Source of the DNA: Patescibacteria group bacterium
GTDB lineage: Bacteria; Patescibacteriota; Minisyncoccia; UBA6257; JAAZHW01
Length of the DNA stretch: 64,000 bases
Assembly (NCBI GenBank): GCA_026415775.1
Contig: JAOAGL010000001.1
Span: forward strand, 334,233-398,232
Reading direction: 5' to 3'
How positions within the stretch are numbered: the stretch's first letter is position 1; each line of letters begins with the position of its first letter. Below, piece by piece: positions 61,015 to 64,000 of this stretch. Position numbers and translations under genes: made by a program. Under the pieces are notes generated by a model. That model was not told where the DNA came from, ran no database searches, and was given only the letters and a program-made list of their open reading frames with translations.

Positions 61015-62292
61015 TTATTTATTTATAAGTTGTTTTATAATTTCCGTTGCTTTTTCTAATTGTGAATCTTTTGCATTTGTCTGCAAATCGCCTTCATTAA
61101 CTTTTACCTCATAATCTGGCTCTAACCCCTTTTCGTTAATTTGATGACCATCGGGCGTCAACCATTCAGCAATGGTAACTTTTATCATTGAATTATCCAT
61201 CAAAGGCAGAAGTGTTTGAACAGAACCCTTGCCAAAAGTTTTTGCTCCTATTAATTTAATACCTCGTAAATCTCTTAATGCGCCAGCTAAAATTTCCGAA
61301 GCAGACGCAGATCCTTCATTTACTAACACCGCAACAGGCATATAAAGAAACATCTGGTTTCCGTTAGCTTTAAAAACTTGCTCTCTGCCATCTTTTTCTC
61401 TTTCGCGAACCACAACCTCTCCCCTTTTCACAAACCACCCAGCTATTTCCACTGATTTTTCCAAATAACCACCGGGGTTGTTCCTTAAATCTAGAATGAT
61501 GCCGGGCGAATTTTTCATAATCATTTGCATTGCAGCTCGATAAAATTCATAAGAAATGTTTTCATTAAAACTTAATAATTTCACATGAGCAATATTATTT
61601 TCCAAAAAATCGATTTTTACGGCTGGTACATTTATAATATCCCTGATAATGGTAAAATCTTTTGGCTGATCAAATCCGTCGCGCATAATTTTTAATTTTA
61701 CCGGTGTTCCTTTTTCACCACGAATTTTCTTCACTGCTTCATCAACACTCAAACTATCCGTTGGCTCATCATTAATTGCTAAAATTTTATCCCCTGCTTT
61801 TAATCCAGATTTCCAAGCCGGCGTATCTTCCAGTGGCGAAATAACCATTAAGAAATTATCTCTCTTTCCAATTTCAATTCCAATACCACTGAAGCTACCA
61901 CTGACATCTTCGGTGAATTTTTTAGCATCATCGGGTTTAAAAAATGTGGTATATGGATCGCCCAATGAATCCACCATTCCTTTAATCGCTCCATACACCA
62001 TTTCCTGGTAATTTAAATCATTTTGTTTAAGAAAATATTCTTGAATATAATGCCAAGCATCCCAAAACAAAGAAAAATCAACATTTTCTGGTTTATTTAA
62101 ATCAACATTTTTTAAACCTTCAATGGGCGTAAATAAAACTTGATTTTTTTGACCAATGCGTAAACCAGCAATAAAAGCACCACAAATTAAAATACTAATG
62201 ACGGCGGCCAAGAAGGCTTTTTTTAATGATTTTTTATTTTTTTCTTTTTGTTGTTGATAGAATTTTTTTATTGTATCAATAATTTTTAGCAT
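61015..62292 (-). CDS. Carboxyl-terminal processing protease (S41 family, PDZ domain)
   Basis: PDZ region plus S41 catalytic segment [15 protein letters not shown] and K box; N-terminal TM anchor. Confidence 0.85.
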   Translation of the reverse strand: MLKIIDTIKKFYQQQKEKNKKSLKKAFLAAVISILICGAFIAGLRIGQKNQVLFTPIEGLKNVDLNKPENVDFSLFWDAWHYIQEYFLKQNDLNYQEMVYGAIKGMVDSLGDPYTTFFKPDDAKKFTEDVSGSFSGIGIEIGKRDNFLMVISPLEDTPAWKSGLKAGDKILAINDEPTDSLSVDEAVKKIRGEKGTPVKLKIMRDGFDQPKDFTIIRDIINVPAVKIDFLENNIAHVKLLSFNENISYEFYRAAMQMIMKNSPGIILDLRNNPGGYLEKSVEIAGWFVKRGEVVVREREKDGREQVFKANGNQMFLYMPVAVLVNEGSASASEILAGALRDLRGIKLIGAKTFGKGSVQTLLPLMDNSMIKVTIAEWLTPDGHQINEKGLEPDYEVKVNEGDLQTNAKDSQLEKATEIIKQLINK

Positions 62293-62331
62293 GATTTTTT
62301 TATTATAAAATTTTTCTACAATTTTTCAAAT

Positions 62332-62874
62332 TTATTTAAGCAAAAATCTTTTTAAAGGAACATAAACAGCGTGTGGTTTTTGTAAACGACTTTCCATTAG
62401 AAATATTTCATTAGTTTTAAAATGCAAAGGAAATTTAACATTTTTGAATTCTAAATGAGTTGGTTCAAATCGTGCTAAAGTAATATGTGGCTTCATTTCC
62501 CTATTTTCTTTTTGAAAATTAATCCCTGAATTACTTAATAATCTTTCAAGTTTTTGTTTAACATTTTCTAATATTTCATTTTTTTCAAAATTTAACCAAA
62601 TCATTCTGGCATAATTATTATTTGGCGCAACAGAAATATGGGTAGCATATAAATCAAGAGGAGGTGTTTGATTAAAAATTTCATCACCAATTTTTAGAAT
62701 TTGCGGCACATCTTCCATTAAAATATTACCTAAAAACAAAACGGTTAAATGAAGATTATCTTTAGGGGTGTACTTTACGTTAATGGGCAATGCAATTTCT
62801 TTTAATTTTCTTTCTATTTTATCTTTTAATGAATCAGGCAAATTAATAGCAAAAAATAATCTCAGAGTTTCCAT
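62332..62874 (-). CDS. thpR: RNA 2',3'-cyclic phosphodiesterase (2H phosphoesterase, LigT/ThpR)
   Basis: Two H-x-T/S-x motifs: NLHLTVLFLG and KPHITLARF; 180 aa. Confidence 0.75.
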   Translation of the reverse strand: METLRLFFAINLPDSLKDKIERKLKEIALPINVKYTPKDNLHLTVLFLGNILMEDVPQILKIGDEIFNQTPPLDLYATHISVAPNNNYARMIWLNFEKNEILENVKQKLERLLSNSGINFQKENREMKPHITLARFEPTHLEFKNVKFPLHFKTNEIFLMESRLQKPHAVYVPLKRFLLK

Positions 62875-62943
62875 ATTATACTATTTTAATTTTATTTTTC
62901 TTTTTTGTCCATTTTTCATTATAATAAATTATGTATGTTTTTG

Positions 62944-64000
62944 GTGTCTGTAATTCCCATTACTTATCTTCCCCGCTCTCAAAATAAGCCTCTTTCTTAT
63001 TTTTCTTTAAAAAAACTCGCTCCCCTCAGTCTCGTGTTTGTCTCTTTTGGAAATCGTAAAACAGAGGCACTTGTTATAAAGTGTGAGGAAATTAAATCAA
63101 AAATTGCAATAAAAAAAGCCGAGTTTCAAATTAAACCCATTGAAAAAATTATAAATCCTAATCCGATTATTACTCCTCAACAGTGGGAGTTATTAAAAAT
63201 GGCTTCCATTTGGTACTATAACCCCCTTTCTTCTTTGCTAAAAAATATTATTTCACCTATTCAATTGTTTGAAAATTTATCAATCAAAACACAAGAAATA
63301 AAAATAAATAATGAAGTTTCTTCAAAGCCAAAAATTATTCTAACCGATGATTTTGATTATCTTAAAAATCGCGTAAAAGAAACTTTAAATAAATCGCAGC
63401 AAGTCCTTTTTTTATTTCCTAATCAAATAAAACTCGAATTTTATTATCAAAATTTTAGTGAATTTCATGATCAAATTTTTATTTTTGAGAAAAAAGGGTC
63501 AAAAAAATTTTTTAAAAATTATCAGAAAATTAATACTAATGAAATAAAAATAATCTTTGGAAAACAATCAGCTTTATTTGCTCCTTTTAATAATTTGGGC
63601 CTTATTATTATTGTTGATGAAGATAATGATGGATTCGAAACTTTTGAAACCAAAATTCATTATAATGTCAAAAAATTAGCATTATTTTTATCGGAAAAAT
63701 ATAATATTGAAATAATTTTAATAACTTCTATTTTAAGCCTCGAAGCTTTTTTAAATATTCAAAATAAAAAATATATAACCCCTCCCTCTTTTAAATTGCT
63801 AAATGACAAAATAAATCTGTCACATATTCAATTTCAGGATTTCCACGCTAAAAAAGATGGTGTAATTCATTCAGAAACAAAAAATACTATTGAAAGAATA
63901 TTAAAAAATAATGGAAAAATTTTAATTTACAATAATCGACGCGGCCACTCCCCTGCTTTGGTTTGTGAAGAGTGCGGTTTTATATTCCAATGTCCAAATT
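62944..64000 (+). CDS. priA: PriA-like primosomal helicase homolog, N-terminally short, Walker A motif absent (partial; continues past window end; start uncertain)
   Basis: Clear PriA collinearity: IIFGKQSALFAPFNNLGLIIIVDEDND (helicase motif II region) and ILIYNNRRGHSPALVCEECGFIFQCP (PriA Cys-rich region). The position of GxGKT instead reads ILTDDFDYLKNRV. Confidence 0.55.
   Translation, partial: MSVIPITYLPRSQNKPLSYFSLKKLAPLSLVFVSFGNRKTEALVIKCEEIKSKIAIKKAEFQIKPIEKIINPNPIITPQQWELLKMASIWYYNPLSSLLKNIISPIQLFENLSIKTQEIKINNEVSSKPKIILTDDFDYLKNRVKETLNKSQQVLFLFPNQIKLEFYYQNFSEFHDQIFIFEKKGSKKFFKNYQKINTNEIKIIFGKQSALFAPFNNLGLIIIVDEDNDGFETFETKIHYNVKKLALFLSEKYNIEIILITSILSLEAFLNIQNKKYITPPSFKLLNDKINLSHIQFQDFHAKKDGVIHSETKNTIERILKNNGKILIYNNRRGHSPALVCEECGFIFQCPN

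Overview
This is a low-GC (about 30 percent) bacterial segment. Several traits fit a small-genome Candidate Phyla Radiation / Patescibacteria-type organism: no L30 in the ribosomal-protein operon, a split transketolase, pilin-like proteins with lectin domains, and an rRNA locus that is 23S-5S only. The window opens with the 3' end of rpsC and a canonical ribosomal-protein cluster (rplP through rplO, then secY, adk, map). The cluster stops there and is followed directly by a YqgF/RuvX-like gene. Further along are a lipid-linked glycosylation-like trio (a GT2 glycosyltransferase, a GalT-like protein and a DedA membrane protein), a 23S-5S rRNA pair with no 16S and no spacer tRNAs, tRNA-Ser(GCU) and a stand-alone tRNA-Ile(GAU). 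Housekeeping genes include recO, glyQS, pcm, lepB, hisS, HIT, rpsU, ftsA-ftsZ, topA-dprA, murB, hpf, groES-groEL, a SpoU methyltransferase, gap, a pentose-phosphate block (rpiB, rpe, split tkt), ftsW-murG, gltX, an M23 peptidase, rpmA, rplI, an S41 protease, thpR and a partial priA-like gene. I found no CRISPR array, transposase or integrase. The most unusual item is a single 2.85 kb ORF (25911-28751) whose GC content and codon usage differ sharply from the rest of the window. It encodes a 946-aa multidomain protein with a winged-helix-like region and C-terminal metallophosphoesterase-like motifs, and it has its own promoter and terminator. Other items worth follow-up: a promoter-to-terminator small-RNA candidate next to tRNA-Ile, a PriA homolog that lacks the Walker A motif, a stand-alone Cas4-like Fe-S nuclease, a Fic-like protein with a degenerate active site, a zinc-ribbon variant of ribosomal protein L24, and two paralogous pilin-LamG proteins. 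All calls come from reading the sequence and remembering family motifs; no database search was run.
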